Assembly (NCBI GenBank): GCA_963749655.1
Contig: CAVVOB010000028.1
Location: 277,069 to 341,068, forward strand
Origin: Nitrospirota bacterium
Lineage (GTDB): Bacteria; Nitrospirota; UBA9217
Direction: 5' to 3'
DNA: 64,000 bases
Part shown: piece after piece, positions 21,032 to 31,055 of the stretch
How positions within the stretch are numbered: position 1 is the stretch's first letter
How the letters are laid out: each line of letters opens with the position of its first letter
Made by a program: the position numbers and the translations under genes
The notes under the pieces: generated by a model
What the model was told of the DNA's origin: nothing
Seen by the model: the letters and a program-made list of their open reading frames with translations, nothing else
The model's database searches: none

Positions 21032-21442
21032 TCACTCATTGGCTGTGACCATCAGCCGTTCCCTGTCCTTGAACAGCATATTGCATTTATTGTTCAGCAG
21101 ATTTACCACGACGCCCTTGCCGAAGGTCTCGTGATTGACAATGTCACCGACCCGGTATTTCGAAGCCCTGCTGTAATCGCGCTCTTTTCCCTTCGCCTCT
21201 GCAAGACTGGCTGCCCAGACGAGCTCCGCTGTCGCCGCTTCGTCGACGACTTTTTTAGCCCTTGCCTTATGGACCTTCTGAGCGTCAATCTGAACCCTGA
21301 ATTTGTGCATACTGCCGCAGGTCTTGCATCTCACTTTTACGATCGTCTCTCTAGCCATCATCATGATGGTATGATCGCTGTTCGCCTTGCACTTCCCGCA
21401 ATAGGAATCGATGTTTTGACCAGAATTAAATTTCTCCACCAT
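21032..21442 (-). CDS. Conserved hypothetical protein with Zn-ribbon and C-terminal Tudor/SH3-like segment
   Basis: CGKC..H..CKTC..H; YRVGDIVNHETFGKGVV. Confidence 0.7.
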   Translation of the reverse strand: MVEKFNSGQNIDSYCGKCKANSDHTIMMMARETIVKVRCKTCGSMHKFRVQIDAQKVHKARAKKVVDEAATAELVWAASLAEAKGKERDYSRASKYRVGDIVNHETFGKGVVVNLLNNKCNMLFKDRERLMVTANE

Positions 21443-21597
21443 ACCGGCTCTCCCTGTAATGCCAAAATTTGCATAAAGAGGCTTCTGTGGGACAGTGGCA
21501 GCATACACCCTGTGGTCTGGAAAAGCTGTACCTCTTTTTACGATAATGCAAGGCAAAGGGAAGGAAGGGGCGACGTCGCAATCCAAGAGTGTATTAT

Positions 21598-21655
21598 ATT
21601 GAACGCGCGCGTGAGGAGCGTGCTTTTCGCGACTCACTCGACGCGCTCGTTAATT
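21598..21655 (-). mobile_element. attC-like integron recombination site (58 bp)
   Basis: AATTAAC..GCGCGTCGAG..CTCACGCGC..GTTCAAT imperfect palindrome with unpaired C; upstream ORF stop TAA lies inside the R'' box. Confidence 0.72.
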
Positions 21656-22159
21656 TCTAATTTCAACTAAAACATCTTGCGGGAAGTTCATCTGATATGA
21701 CCCAAACTCCACAGCTTTGACTCTTTCCCGTCCAACCTCAAGCTCGACGGTTTCAATTTGGCCACTGTACATATGCACGAACACAAAGAGACTTTTCGGT
21801 GTGTTTGCGACTGATGCTGTTAACCAATTTAGAAAATCGTCACGGAAGCCCTCACGTCTCACCTTCATGTTCTTTTCGTGATCGTCCAGCGCTCTTTGAA
21901 TTTTGCTTTCAGACCAGTTCTTTTTCTTATATTTATGCCGAAGTGCTTCTTTTGCTCTTTTTTCTTCGCCCGGTCTAGCAGGCGCGTAAAGATCACAAGA
22001 ACACATTGCCGTAATAATGGCGAGGGAATCATAATCTTTTGGCAAAAGGTTGGTAATGGCCTGATTAGTAATCCTAAGTGGCTGCAATCCCTTGGGCAAC
22101 ACCGCTAGAATCGAATTTGCCGTCGTTTTAGGAAATGCGACTGTAATGTAATAGCACAT
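21650..22159 (-). CDS. Hypothetical protein (gene-cassette-like)
   Basis: 169-aa AT-rich ORF, MCY start and CSC motif, bounded by GTTAATT and attC. Confidence 0.7.
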   Translation of the reverse strand: MCYYITVAFPKTTANSILAVLPKGLQPLRITNQAITNLLPKDYDSLAIITAMCSCDLYAPARPGEEKRAKEALRHKYKKKNWSESKIQRALDDHEKNMKVRREGFRDDFLNWLTASVANTPKSLFVFVHMYSGQIETVELEVGRERVKAVEFGSYQMNFPQDVLVEIRN

Positions 22160-22252
22160 AGACTTCCTTTAAAAATTAACCAGTTATTATCGAGACGGAA
22201 AAAGCATCTATGCTTTTCGTGCGCATATCAAGTACCAGGGAGCACACCACCA

Positions 22253-23038
22253 TCACAATCCCCGGCTCGCTGCCCAGCCCAGAATCCGATCTGCAACGAC
22301 CTGCCAGCCCGGCTCCAGCATCATGTCATGCGCCATGTTGGGAAAGATCTCTGCTTCTCTTCCATAGGCATGTGCCGTTGCCTTTTGTTCCGCTACGGAA
22401 AAGATACGGTCATTTTCAGCTGCGAGAACCAGCATCGGGGTCTTGATGTTTTCAGGGCGCGGAAGATCGAAAAGGAGCGTCTCGAGCTGCATGCGGAAGG
22501 ACTCTTGCTGCAAACGCGAAAAATGTCGTGCGATCTCGGCCGGAGGAACCTGCTGAGAGAAGAAAGAATCGCGCGCAAGTTCCTGCGTTCGTATTGCCTC
22601 CTGCAAGCTCATAAACACCTGCGATCTTATAAATGGCCCGGGATGCCGCAGGGCGTAGCGGACGGCAAAGCCGATCGTCCCTGATACGGGGATCGTGGCC
22701 AGGAGAACACAGGCCGCGGCAGAGTTCTTTTCCAGATATTTTTGCGCCACGTACCCACCCATGGAATGACCGACGATCATCGGCGGCCGGGGGAGAGATT
22801 CCGCCACCTTTGCTACATCGGCAACGTAGCCATGTGCAGCGCTGTGCCAACGAATGTTTTCCCGCCCTTCACTCGCGCCATGGCCGCGCAGGCTGACAGC
22901 GTAGGTGGCATACCCGTGCTGAGCAAAATAGGGCTGGAATTTCTCCCAGCACCATGCACCGTGCCAGGCGCCGTGCACAAAGAGAATCGGTGTCGGACGG
23001 GTCGCGTTCGTTGTATCGGCAATAACTTCGAGTTTCAT
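22253..23038 (-). CDS. Alpha/beta hydrolase
   Basis: HGAWHGAWCW, GHSMGG, catalytic D and H (AHDMM). Confidence 0.9.
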   Translation of the reverse strand: MKLEVIADTTNATRPTPILFVHGAWHGAWCWEKFQPYFAQHGYATYAVSLRGHGASEGRENIRWHSAAHGYVADVAKVAESLPRPPMIVGHSMGGYVAQKYLEKNSAAACVLLATIPVSGTIGFAVRYALRHPGPFIRSQVFMSLQEAIRTQELARDSFFSQQVPPAEIARHFSRLQQESFRMQLETLLFDLPRPENIKTPMLVLAAENDRIFSVAEQKATAHAYGREAEIFPNMAHDMMLEPGWQVVADRILGWAASRGL

Positions 23039-23114
23039 GGCGCAATTGATCCTTTCGACAAGAGGTCTTCCGAAGATATCTCGGACACCAAATTCTTTAA
23101 ATCACAAGATCAGA

Positions 23115-23241
23115 TCAAGCGGTCATGCTTGGGAGGAGTCGAGATAAGGTCGAACCGCGGCTGGGAAGGGCCTCCCGGAGAACGACATTACTATACTTGG
23201 ACAAATTAGGCAAGGACTCCGATGGGGTATTTTTGCGGGAG
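23115..23241 (-). promoter_or_regulatory. Conserved promoter/leader element, copy 1
   Basis: Shares TCAAGCGGTCATGC, GGGAGG..CCTCCC, AACGACATTACTATACTT and GATGGGGTATTT with 61105-61226. Confidence 0.7.
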
Positions 23242-23507
23242 GGAATACTACAGTTATGAGTTCGTAATTTTTTGTTTTCAGTTAAAAATCATGGGTATTC
23301 AGTCGCAGTTCCTTGATCTTACGGAGTTTCTTGACCGATACCGCGGAGCAGGAGAAAAGACGAAAAAGGAGGAATGTGGACGGTAGTTTCTCTGCGCTCA
23401 GCGTGTTTGCGCTCCAACGACGAGATGGGATCGGGAAGGGAAAAACACTCCCAATTATGTTGTAGAATCATTGGTTTGGTCCGTCCGGACGATAAAGATG
23501 ACGGCCT

Positions 23508-24116
23508 CTACAGTTTCCCGGTCTTCTGGTACTCCTGCACATAGACCTTGATGGCCCGAAGGATGATCCAGTCCAGGGTAACGCTGTTGTCCTGGGCGAT
23601 CCGGACGAGGGCATCGATCAGTTCCTTGTCTATTGCAGGCATGCCCTGTGACGGTGTCGAAGCTTCGGGCTCGGGCGAGGATGCCGTTGAAGGCACGCTC
23701 TGTTCTGCGCCGGGATTACGCTTCACATGCTCGCGCCGAAGTTGTTCCATCAAGTTATGAACATCGCCGCTCATGATCGCCTGCCGTACGTCATCGGGTA
23801 CGTCGCCAGCCGGTGGTGTCTCTTGCTGCTGTGGTGAAGGCGGCGACTGTTCCGCGGCAGGCGATGGCGGCATTGCCATACCGGGCCCCGGCATCATGCC
23901 GGTCATGCCCATCATCATGTTTGCCAGGTTCCTGGCGTATTCATTGTCCGGCATTTCTTCCTTCAGAAACTCGTCGAGCTTTCCCTCTGCCATTGCTTGC
24001 GCCATGCGGTCGGCTGTCAGGTTGCCTGCGTCTTCCGGCTGTTCGAATCCTTTTTTTCTGCCAAAGGCTGTTGTCGGCGGTTTGGGAAGCGGTTTATCTT
24101 TGTGGGATTTCCTCAC
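23508..24116 (-). CDS. Hypothetical Pro/Met-rich protein with possible C-terminal ribbon-helix-helix-like segment
   Basis: GTG start after AAGGAG; the upstream part of the listed 378-aa ORF overlaps another gene. Confidence 0.65.
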   Translation of the reverse strand: MRKSHKDKPLPKPPTTAFGRKKGFEQPEDAGNLTADRMAQAMAEGKLDEFLKEEMPDNEYARNLANMMMGMTGMMPGPGMAMPPSPAAEQSPPSPQQQETPPAGDVPDDVRQAIMSGDVHNLMEQLRREHVKRNPGAEQSVPSTASSPEPEASTPSQGMPAIDKELIDALVRIAQDNSVTLDWIILRAIKVYVQEYQKTGKL

Positions 24117-24133
24117 TGATCTCCTTTCCCGTA

Positions 24134-24835
24134 CTACCTGAAGTACGCTGCGAAATAGGGCTTGAGCGCCTTCAACGTGTCGTCTGCAACGAGCGGCACC
24201 ATGGACGCAAAACAGTCGAGGTTGACGAGTGCGTTGATGTTCGCGTCCTTCTTGGCCGCATCGCGCAAGCGGACAGCGAAATCGCGGTTCACCTTGCCCA
24301 CCTCGGCATAGACCTTGGTCAGGCCGTCGAGCCGCCACTCGGCGTGCTGGTTTTCCTGGTTTTTGTAATACTGGACCAAAAGATACATCGAGACCATCCT
24401 GAAAACCGTCTCGTCGAGCGACGCGAAGGGCAGGTGGAACCGAACCATGGGTTTGAGGTGCTCCATGACGGGGCAGCCGCTCGTGGTCATGATGATGCCG
24501 ATGAGCGGGCTCAGGCCGAGCTGGATGGTGGTCTCCTTGGCGAAAATGCGCTCCTCCGTCGTCACGGTCACGACGACCTCTTCGTGGGAGAGCGTGTCCT
24601 TGAACTCCTCGGCAATGTCCCCGAAGTTCAGGGCCACGGGACAATAAATGGTCTTCTTCACATCAAGGGGGCAATTCTCGCATTGTTTGTGCGTGAGCAG
24701 GGCCCAGAGGGGCTGGTGATTGTTCGTTTGATCCCTCTGCAGGGCAAGCGTGTCGCGGTCCAGGCTGACGATGAACTTCTTGCTCGTACCTTTTTTGAAT
24801 TTGTAGGCATACTCGATTACAATTGGCGCGGCCAT
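24134..24835 (-). CDS. Conserved hypothetical protein (DUF6901-like)
   Basis: QCENCPL..YCPVA, SGCP..LKPMVRFHLPFAS..ET; GGAGG RBS. Confidence 0.75.
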   Translation of the reverse strand: MAAPIVIEYAYKFKKGTSKKFIVSLDRDTLALQRDQTNNHQPLWALLTHKQCENCPLDVKKTIYCPVALNFGDIAEEFKDTLSHEEVVVTVTTEERIFAKETTIQLGLSPLIGIIMTTSGCPVMEHLKPMVRFHLPFASLDETVFRMVSMYLLVQYYKNQENQHAEWRLDGLTKVYAEVGKVNRDFAVRLRDAAKKDANINALVNLDCFASMVPLVADDTLKALKPYFAAYFR

Positions 24836-25040
24836 GTGTCCCTCCGTCTAGGGAATACAATATCTCATGGCCCGGACCTTGTCAAGACAACTCCCGTCCC
24901 CGGACTTTGAAAATAGCGGGCGGAATTGAGGCGAATTATTGTTGCACGAATTCCGGAGAAAGGGTAAAGTGGGGGCACAAAAAACACTGATCAACGCTTC
25001 AGGAAAGCATCTTCCTGGAACGGAAAACAAGGAGATTCTC

Positions 25041-25469
25041 ATGGCGCAGGCAAAGCAGGGCGACACTGTTCAGATCCATTACACCGGCAAGCTGGGAGAC
25101 GGCACCGTGTTCGATAGTTCCCGGGGCCGCCGGCCGCTCCAGTTCACCATCGGCAAGGGAGCGGTCATTGCCGGGTTCGAACAGGCTGTGGTCGGCATGG
25201 AGACCGGCGAGTCCAAGACCACGACAATTCCCGTGGACCAGGCATACGGGGCCCGCAGGGACGATATGATCGTGACCGTGGAGCGGAGTCAGCTTCCCGC
25301 GGAGGTGAATCCCAAAGTCGGACAGCGGCTCGAACTTACCCAGGAGGACGACCGGACCATTCTCGTTACGGTCATGGACGTCACGGATTCAACCATGACC
25401 CTTGACGCGAACCATCCTCTTGCGGGCAAAGACCTTATCTTCGACCTCGAGCTTGTCGGGATCCTGTAG
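25041..25469 (+). CDS. FKBP-type peptidyl-prolyl cis-trans isomerase (SlyD/FkpB-like)
   Basis: HYTGKL.DGTVFDSS, DANHPLAGKDL. Confidence 0.92.
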   Translation: MAQAKQGDTVQIHYTGKLGDGTVFDSSRGRRPLQFTIGKGAVIAGFEQAVVGMETGESKTTTIPVDQAYGARRDDMIVTVERSQLPAEVNPKVGQRLELTQEDDRTILVTVMDVTDSTMTLDANHPLAGKDLIFDLELVGIL

Positions 25470-25495
25470 ACCCGGCAAGCTTCCTCGGCAACGAC

Positions 25496-26142
25496 ATGCA
25501 GGACCTTTCCCCCTTCGATCATCACCGGGATGAATATGAGGCGTGGTTCGTGCGCCATGCCGCGGTCTACCGATCCGAGCTGTCGGCAATCAGGGCCCTG
25601 ATGCCGGACCACGGCAGGGGGCTCGAGATCGGCGTCGGAAGCGGTCTCTTTGCGGGACCGCTCGGCATGCAGGCCGGCGTCGATCCATTCGCCAAGGATG
25701 CTCGAACTGGCCCGACAACGGGGCATCGACGTTGTCCAGGGCGTTGCAGAATCACTTCCTTTCCGGACCAATCCTTCGATCTCGCGCTCATGGTCACTAC
25801 GTCTGTTTCCTCGATGACATCGACCTTGCTTTCAGCGAGGCCTTCCGCGTACTGAAAAATAATAAAGGCGTCTTTCTGGTCGGCTTCGTGGACAAGGCAA
25901 GCGCCATCGGCCGGTCCTACGAGGAGAAGAAGGACAAGAGCCTTTTCTACTGCAACGCGGAATTCTATACGGTCCCTGACCTGCTTGCCCATCTCAGCCT
26001 TGCCGGCTTCATAAACTTCCGCATTGTCCAGACACTCTTTCATTCCCTTTCCGAGAGCACAAAACAAGAACCGATTCGCGAGGGACACGGGGAAGGATCT
26101 TTTATCGTGATCAAGGCGGAGAAGGAGGGTGACAGCCCATGA
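25496..26142 (+). pseudogene. Class I SAM-dependent methyltransferase with about three frameshifts
   Basis: LEIGVGSG; GVDP/SPRMLELA..AESLPF; VCFLDD..EAFRVLK in alternating frames. Confidence 0.75.
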
Positions 26143-27042
26143 CTAGAGCCGGAAACCGCAGAGCGAAAGTCGCACTCGTCAGGACAGCAGACCGCGAAAC
26201 CGGCGTTCCTGCGGTGATCGATCCGCTCAAGATCGATGCCTTCCAGGGAAAGAACGTACTGCTCAAGCCAAACTTCAATACCGACGACCCGTATCCCGGC
26301 TCAACCCACAACGACACCCTGCGGTACCTGATCAATCGACTCCGGACCCTGGGCGCGGGCAGGATCACCGTGGCAGAACGAAGCGGACCTGCTGATACGA
26401 GCGAAGTGATCACGTCAAAGGGCGTGGACAAGCTCTGCAAGGAGCTGAGCGTTGATCTCCTCAACTTCGAGGACCTTCCGCCTGACGCATGGAAGCGGTA
26501 AAGCCGGAGCACTGCACGTGGAAAACAGGCTTCGACATTGCCCGGCCCGTGCTCGACGCCGATTCTGTCGTAACAACTGCTGCCTCAAGACCCACGGGTA
26601 CGGCGTCGTCTTCACGATATCCCTGAAACTTGCCGTTGGCATCACCCACAAGCGCAACATGGCCGAACTGCACTCCTCAGGTGGGAACATGGGCAGGCTG
26701 ATCGCCGAGATCAACCAGGCTTATGCACCGTCTCTCATCCTCCTCGACGCCATCGAAGCTTTCGTGGACCGCGGCCCCATGACGGGCCCCCGCAAGCGGG
26801 CTGATGTCCTTGTCGCAAAATCGGACCGGACCGCCATCGGCGCGGTCGGCCTCGCGATCCTGCAACATCTCGGCAGCAACGCGGCCATCATGGGAACGAA
26901 GATCTTCGAGCACGACCAGCTCCGCCGCGCTGTGGAGCTCGGTCTCGGCATATCAGACCCGCAGCAGATCGAATTCGTGACTGGTGACAAGGAAAGCCGG
27001 AAGTATGCGGAAAAGCTGAAAGAGATCCTTAGAAGGGGATGA
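26139..27042 (+). pseudogene. DUF362-family protein with about two frameshifts
   Basis: LLKPNFN, AERSG, LKTH..FTISLKLAVG, GLG motifs across frames. Confidence 0.75.
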
Positions 27043-27097
27043 AACATCTAAAAACAATCAGCCACGGACAGGTAATTAAGAAGATATCGGAGGGGAC

Positions 27098-27137
27098 AAA
27101 AAAACCGCTCCCTGCTGGTCAAAGCAGGGAGCGGTTT
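27098..27137 (-). terminator. Intrinsic terminator after yidC
   Basis: 15-bp stem AAACCGCTCCCTGCT/AGCAGGGAGCGGTTT with U-tract on the minus strand. Confidence 0.8.
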
Positions 27138-27152
27138 CCGTCAGTCAAAAAA

Positions 27153-28847
27153 CTATGATAAAGCGGGCGGCGCTGTTACGCCGATGAGTTTCCGCACGTA
27201 CAACTGCTGTCCGATGGAGAGCAGGTTGCTCAGCGTGATGTAGAGCAGCAGTCCGGCCGGCAGCCAGGCAAAGAGGAAGATAAAAGCGATGTTCATGAAC
27301 ATCATGATCTTGGCCTGCTGGGGGTCCGGCGTGGTGGACGTCATCTTCATGGTGAAGATCATGCTCACGCCCATAAGAATCGGCAGAATGTAGTAGGGAT
27401 CGAAGACCGAAAGGTCCTTGATCCAGAAGGGAATGAACGACGCCTGCCGGAGCTCGATGGACACGGACAGCACGTTATACAGGGCCACGAAGAACGGCAG
27501 CTGGAGCAGCATGGGGAGGCACCCGCCGAGGGGGTTCACCTTGTGCTCCTTGTACAGCTTCATCATCTCCTGGTTCATGCGGGTCGGGTCTTTCTTGAAC
27601 TTCTCCCGCACGGCCATGAGCTGCGGCTGGATCTTCTTCATCTCCTCCATGGCCTTGGCGCTCTTGAGCGAAGGATAGAAGAGCAGTGCGCGGACCACGA
27701 TCGTGAGAAGAATGATCGCGATGCCGTAGTTTCTCGTGATGCCGAAAAATAGCTCCAGGAGCCAGAACATGGGCTTTGCGAGGATGCTGAACCAGCCGTA
27801 GTCGACCATCCGCTCCAGACCGTGCCCCTGCGCCTGCAGGAGCGTAAAGCTCTTCGGGCCGGCGTAAAGCGTGAACTTCTGTTCCTCCGGCTTTTCCTTG
27901 ACCGTCAGCTCCGTCGTGAGCAGATCGCCCACTTCCTTGGGAGCCGCTGTTTTTTTGCTGGTGACGATGCCGTTCGCGCCGTAGATCAGGGCAGCGGTGA
28001 AATACTTGTCGTCCTGGGCAAGCCAGCCGATATTGCCGGCATACTGCACCTCGCCCTTGATGCTGTCCACCTTGTCTGCAATAAGCTTGTTGTCGGCAAC
28101 GGTGACCATGCCGACGCGGCCGCTTGCGTCCTTGCTCACCTTGTCCGCGAGCCCGAAGTCCGTGCCGAGGTCAAGAGAGTATCCGTCGAGGTTCTTCGTC
28201 GTTACGGCCACATCCACCTTGTAGCTGTCGTTGTAGAAGACGAGCTTCTTTTCGATGACGATGCCGCCGGGACCGGAATAGGAAAGGACCAGGGTCTCGG
28301 AAGGTTTATCCTTGCCGAGATGCAGCGCGTCTCGGTCCGCCTGGAACGCGACGCCTGCGAGACCGGCGAGGTTCTTGTCAAGCGGGACCACGGTGAGCGG
28401 GGGCGTCATTTCGTTTCTGCCTATTCCCTCGTATACGGGAACGAGCTGCACATTGCCCAGTTCCTTTTTCGGCTTCTCCTCTTTTTTCGCCTCTCCGGTG
28501 AACTTCTTGTACAGCGCACCAAGGCCGACTTCGGTCTTGTCCGCTTCCCGGTAGTGCTTGAGCTCCCAGTGCCTGATCACGCCGCCGGCCGTATTCACCA
28601 CGGCCTTCATCAGGTCTGTTTCGATGACGATGTCCTTCCCCTTGACGGACGGCTCGATTTTCGCCGCGACTTCAGGCCGTACTGCGAGCGGTTTTTCCTG
28701 CTCGGCTGCTTTTTGCCGGACCGGCTCCTGCTTAGCGGACTCCGGCGCTACGGGCTTTATTGGCGGTTTTGGCGCAAAAAAACGTACATACACCAGAAAA
28801 ACCAGCAGAGAGAGCGATAAAGCTAAAATGAATCTTCGTGTTTCCAT
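27153..28847 (-). CDS. yidC: Membrane protein insertase YidC
   Basis: DYGWF, NYGIAII, VNPLGGCLP, DPYYILP. Confidence 0.96.
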   Translation of the reverse strand: METRRFILALSLSLLVFLVYVRFFAPKPPIKPVAPESAKQEPVRQKAAEQEKPLAVRPEVAAKIEPSVKGKDIVIETDLMKAVVNTAGGVIRHWELKHYREADKTEVGLGALYKKFTGEAKKEEKPKKELGNVQLVPVYEGIGRNEMTPPLTVVPLDKNLAGLAGVAFQADRDALHLGKDKPSETLVLSYSGPGGIVIEKKLVFYNDSYKVDVAVTTKNLDGYSLDLGTDFGLADKVSKDASGRVGMVTVADNKLIADKVDSIKGEVQYAGNIGWLAQDDKYFTAALIYGANGIVTSKKTAAPKEVGDLLTTELTVKEKPEEQKFTLYAGPKSFTLLQAQGHGLERMVDYGWFSILAKPMFWLLELFFGITRNYGIAIILLTIVVRALLFYPSLKSAKAMEEMKKIQPQLMAVREKFKKDPTRMNQEMMKLYKEHKVNPLGGCLPMLLQLPFFVALYNVLSVSIELRQASFIPFWIKDLSVFDPYYILPILMGVSMIFTMKMTSTTPDPQQAKIMMFMNIAFIFLFAWLPAGLLLYITLSNLLSIGQQLYVRKLIGVTAPPALS

Positions 28848-28928
28848 GAATCCTCCGGATCTCGGGTTACTCCGTTACGACGGTGTTTGTCACATCGGGC
28901 CCGGCACTTCTCTTCCCGACGAGGGTTG

Positions 28929-29165
28929 TCATTTCTTTCCAGACTCTTCGGCCACGGGATCGACGGGATCGTAGCCGCCGGGATGAAAGGGATGGCACCG
29001 GGCGAGCCGCGCCCCCGTCATCCACATCGCCCGTATCGTGCCTTTCTTCTCGAAGGCCTCGAGCGCGTATTCCGAACACGAGGGGGTGAAGCGGCAAGCT
29101 TGAGGCAGGAAAGGAGAGAGAATAAGCCGATAGAGGCGGATGAGAGCGATAAAAAATCGATTCAC
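28929..29165 (-). CDS. yidD: Membrane protein insertion efficiency factor YidD
   Basis: CRFTPSCSEY..RCHPFHPGGYDP. Confidence 0.95.
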   Translation of the reverse strand: MNRFFIALIRLYRLILSPFLPQACRFTPSCSEYALEAFEKKGTIRAMWMTGARLARCHPFHPGGYDPVDPVAEESGKK

Positions 29166-29533
29166 GATCGTGCGCCTTCCGGACGTTGATTGCGAAGGGC
29201 CGTCCTCTTGAGGACCGCTTCCACCGCTTGTGCGATCTGCGCGTACGAGGCCGTGTACAGCTCCCGCCGCGCCACAAAGACCAGATCGAACCCCAGGGAA
29301 TAGCCTGCGAGCGCCTGCATGACACTGCTCCGTATCCGGCGCTTCAGTCTGTTTCTTCCGACTGCATTCGCAAACTTCTTGCTGACCGATATGCCGACCC
29401 GGAAATTGCCCTTGTCGTTGCCGGCATAAAAAAGAGAAAGACCGTCGAGAGACAGTCTTTTTCCATTCATCGTTGAAACGAACTCCGTATTTTTCCGCAA
29501 GCGCTCGCTTTTACGGTAGGCGTAGGGCATCAC
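29162..29533 (-). CDS. rnpA: Ribonuclease P protein component
   Basis: ERL, GISVSKK..AVGRNRLKR. Confidence 0.93.
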   Translation of the reverse strand: MMPYAYRKSERLRKNTEFVSTMNGKRLSLDGLSLFYAGNDKGNFRVGISVSKKFANAVGRNRLKRRIRSSVMQALAGYSLGFDLVFVARRELYTASYAQIAQAVEAVLKRTALRNQRPEGARS

Positions 29534-29551
29534 ACCTTCCAGCCGGCAATG

Positions 29552-29689
29552 CTAGACCGCCAGACGCTTTCTTCCCTTGGCCCTGCGACGGTTGATAACG
29601 TTCCTTCCGTTCGGGGTGCCCATCCGCTTCCTGAAGCCCTGCGCGCGCTTCTGCTTGAGATTGCTTTTTTGTGCTGTTGTCTCCGACAT
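29552..29689 (-). CDS. rpmH: 50S ribosomal protein L34 (not in the ORF track)
   Basis: [45 protein letters not shown]; AGGAG RBS; position upstream of rnpA. Confidence 0.92.
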   Translation of the reverse strand: MSETTAQKSNLKQKRAQGFRKRMGTPNGRNVINRRRAKGRKRLAV

Positions 29690-29727
29690 CGTTCCTGCTC
29701 CTTCATTGGTAATTTGGACAGGGGGGT

Positions 29728-29809
29728 ATTATAAGCGAAAACAGAAATATGTCAAGGGAAAAACCAGTGGAAACAGGCTTTTGACATTGCCGTCCCGGTT
29801 TGGTACAGT
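29728..29809. promoter_or_regulatory. Back-to-back sigma-70 promoters (rpmH and NUDIX gene)
   Basis: Minus TTGACA-N16-TATAAT (29755-29728); plus TTGACA-N17-TACAGT (29781-29809). Confidence 0.7.
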
Positions 29810-29937
29810 ACGGGCGTGATGGCATGGCCTCACGATGAGCTGTGGTTTCTCCTGAAGACGCTGAATACCGGGACCTGCGGGACCTGAAAGACCCGTTCGT
29901 TCCTCCCGCCTTCAGACTGTCTGAGTGCTTTTGACGA

Positions 29938-30373
29938 ATGAAAAAAGGCATAGACTATATCGGCGTAGGCGTTGGTGCCGTCATTCTAGACCGTGACGGC
30001 AGGGTCTTTCTCGCCAAGGCGCGGCCGCGAAGTTCGCAACGAAAAGGGCAGGTGGGAGTTCCCCGGCGGAAGCGTCGAGTTCAACGAAACGCTGGAACAT
30101 GCCCTTGTTCGTGAAATCCGGGAAGAGTACGGCGTCGAGATCGAGGTCCGGGAGCTGCTTGACGTCGTCAGCCATATCCTCCCGGCTGAAAAGCAGCACT
30201 GGGTGTCTCCCACGTTTCTGTGCACCGTGAAGAGCGGCACACCGTCCATCCGGGAGCCCCACAAGTGCGACGAGATCGGCTGGTTCGCGGTCGATGAAAT
30301 TCCCGAGGACCTTCTCACGCTTGCCTCACGGAAGAGCCTGGAGAGCGTTAAAAAAAGAATTTTTCCCTTCTGA
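29938..30373 (+). CDS. NUDIX hydrolase, frameshift near 30015
   Basis: MKKGIDYIGVGVGAVI.. followed in another frame by the Nudix box GGSVEFNETLEHALVREIREEYG. Confidence 0.83.
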
Positions 30374-30383
30374 AAGGAAGTGT

Positions 30384-31055
30384 ATGTCTTACACCTATCC
30401 CATCGACGCCATGCTCCTGCTCGGCCCTACGGGCGTTGGCAAAAGTCCGCTCGGCGATGCCATTGAGAAAAACGGGCTCTTCGGCAGATCATGCCGTCAT
30501 CTCGATTTCGGATCAGAGCTCCGCGGTGCGGTCACCAGCAAGGAACAGTCAGCAGCCTACTCGAAAGAGGAGCTGGCTTTCATCCATGGCGTCCTTGAAC
30601 AGGGGCTTCTGCTCGAAAACGAACACTTCGCCCTGGCAGAAAAAATCATCTCCCTTTTTCTGAGCCGGGTGGGCTTCTCCCTGCGCAGTATGCTCGTCTT
30701 GAACGGCATTCCCCGCCACGCAGGACAGGCGAAGGACATTGCCGCGATCGCCCGCGTTCATGCGCTCTGCGTGCTCGATTGCTCTGCAGACGTCGTGTTT
30801 TCCCGTATTCACTCGAACGTAGGGGGGGACAGAACCGAACGGATAGACGACAGCAGGGATCTGATCGGAAAAAAACTTGCGATCTTCAGGGAGCGGACCG
30901 CTCCGCTCATAGAACACTATGAAAAACTCGGCAGCAGCGTGTACCGCGTCACCGTTACCGGAACTATGACTCCCGATGATGCGTACCGAAGCCTCTCATC
31001 GCTTGCCGCCCTTCACCCACCAGTCGCCCTTGTCGCTGAACCACCACAACGATGA
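30384..31055 (+). CDS. Adenylate-kinase-like nucleoside monophosphate kinase
   Basis: GPTGVGKS, LNGIPR..QA, RIDD..F.ERTAPLIEHY. Confidence 0.8.
   Translation: MSYTYPIDAMLLLGPTGVGKSPLGDAIEKNGLFGRSCRHLDFGSELRGAVTSKEQSAAYSKEELAFIHGVLEQGLLLENEHFALAEKIISLFLSRVGFSLRSMLVLNGIPRHAGQAKDIAAIARVHALCVLDCSADVVFSRIHSNVGGDRTERIDDSRDLIGKKLAIFRERTAPLIEHYEKLGSSVYRVTVTGTMTPDDAYRSLSSLAALHPPVALVAEPPQR

Noticed and set aside
24117-24644. N-terminal part of the listed 378-aa ORF
   Set aside because: Overlaps the 24134-24835 gene in another frame; an RBS supports the GTG start at 24116
29812-29937. Riboswitch or leader peptide upstream of the NUDIX gene
   Set aside because: No recognisable aptamer consensus; the 22-codon ORF has no RBS or telling codon bias
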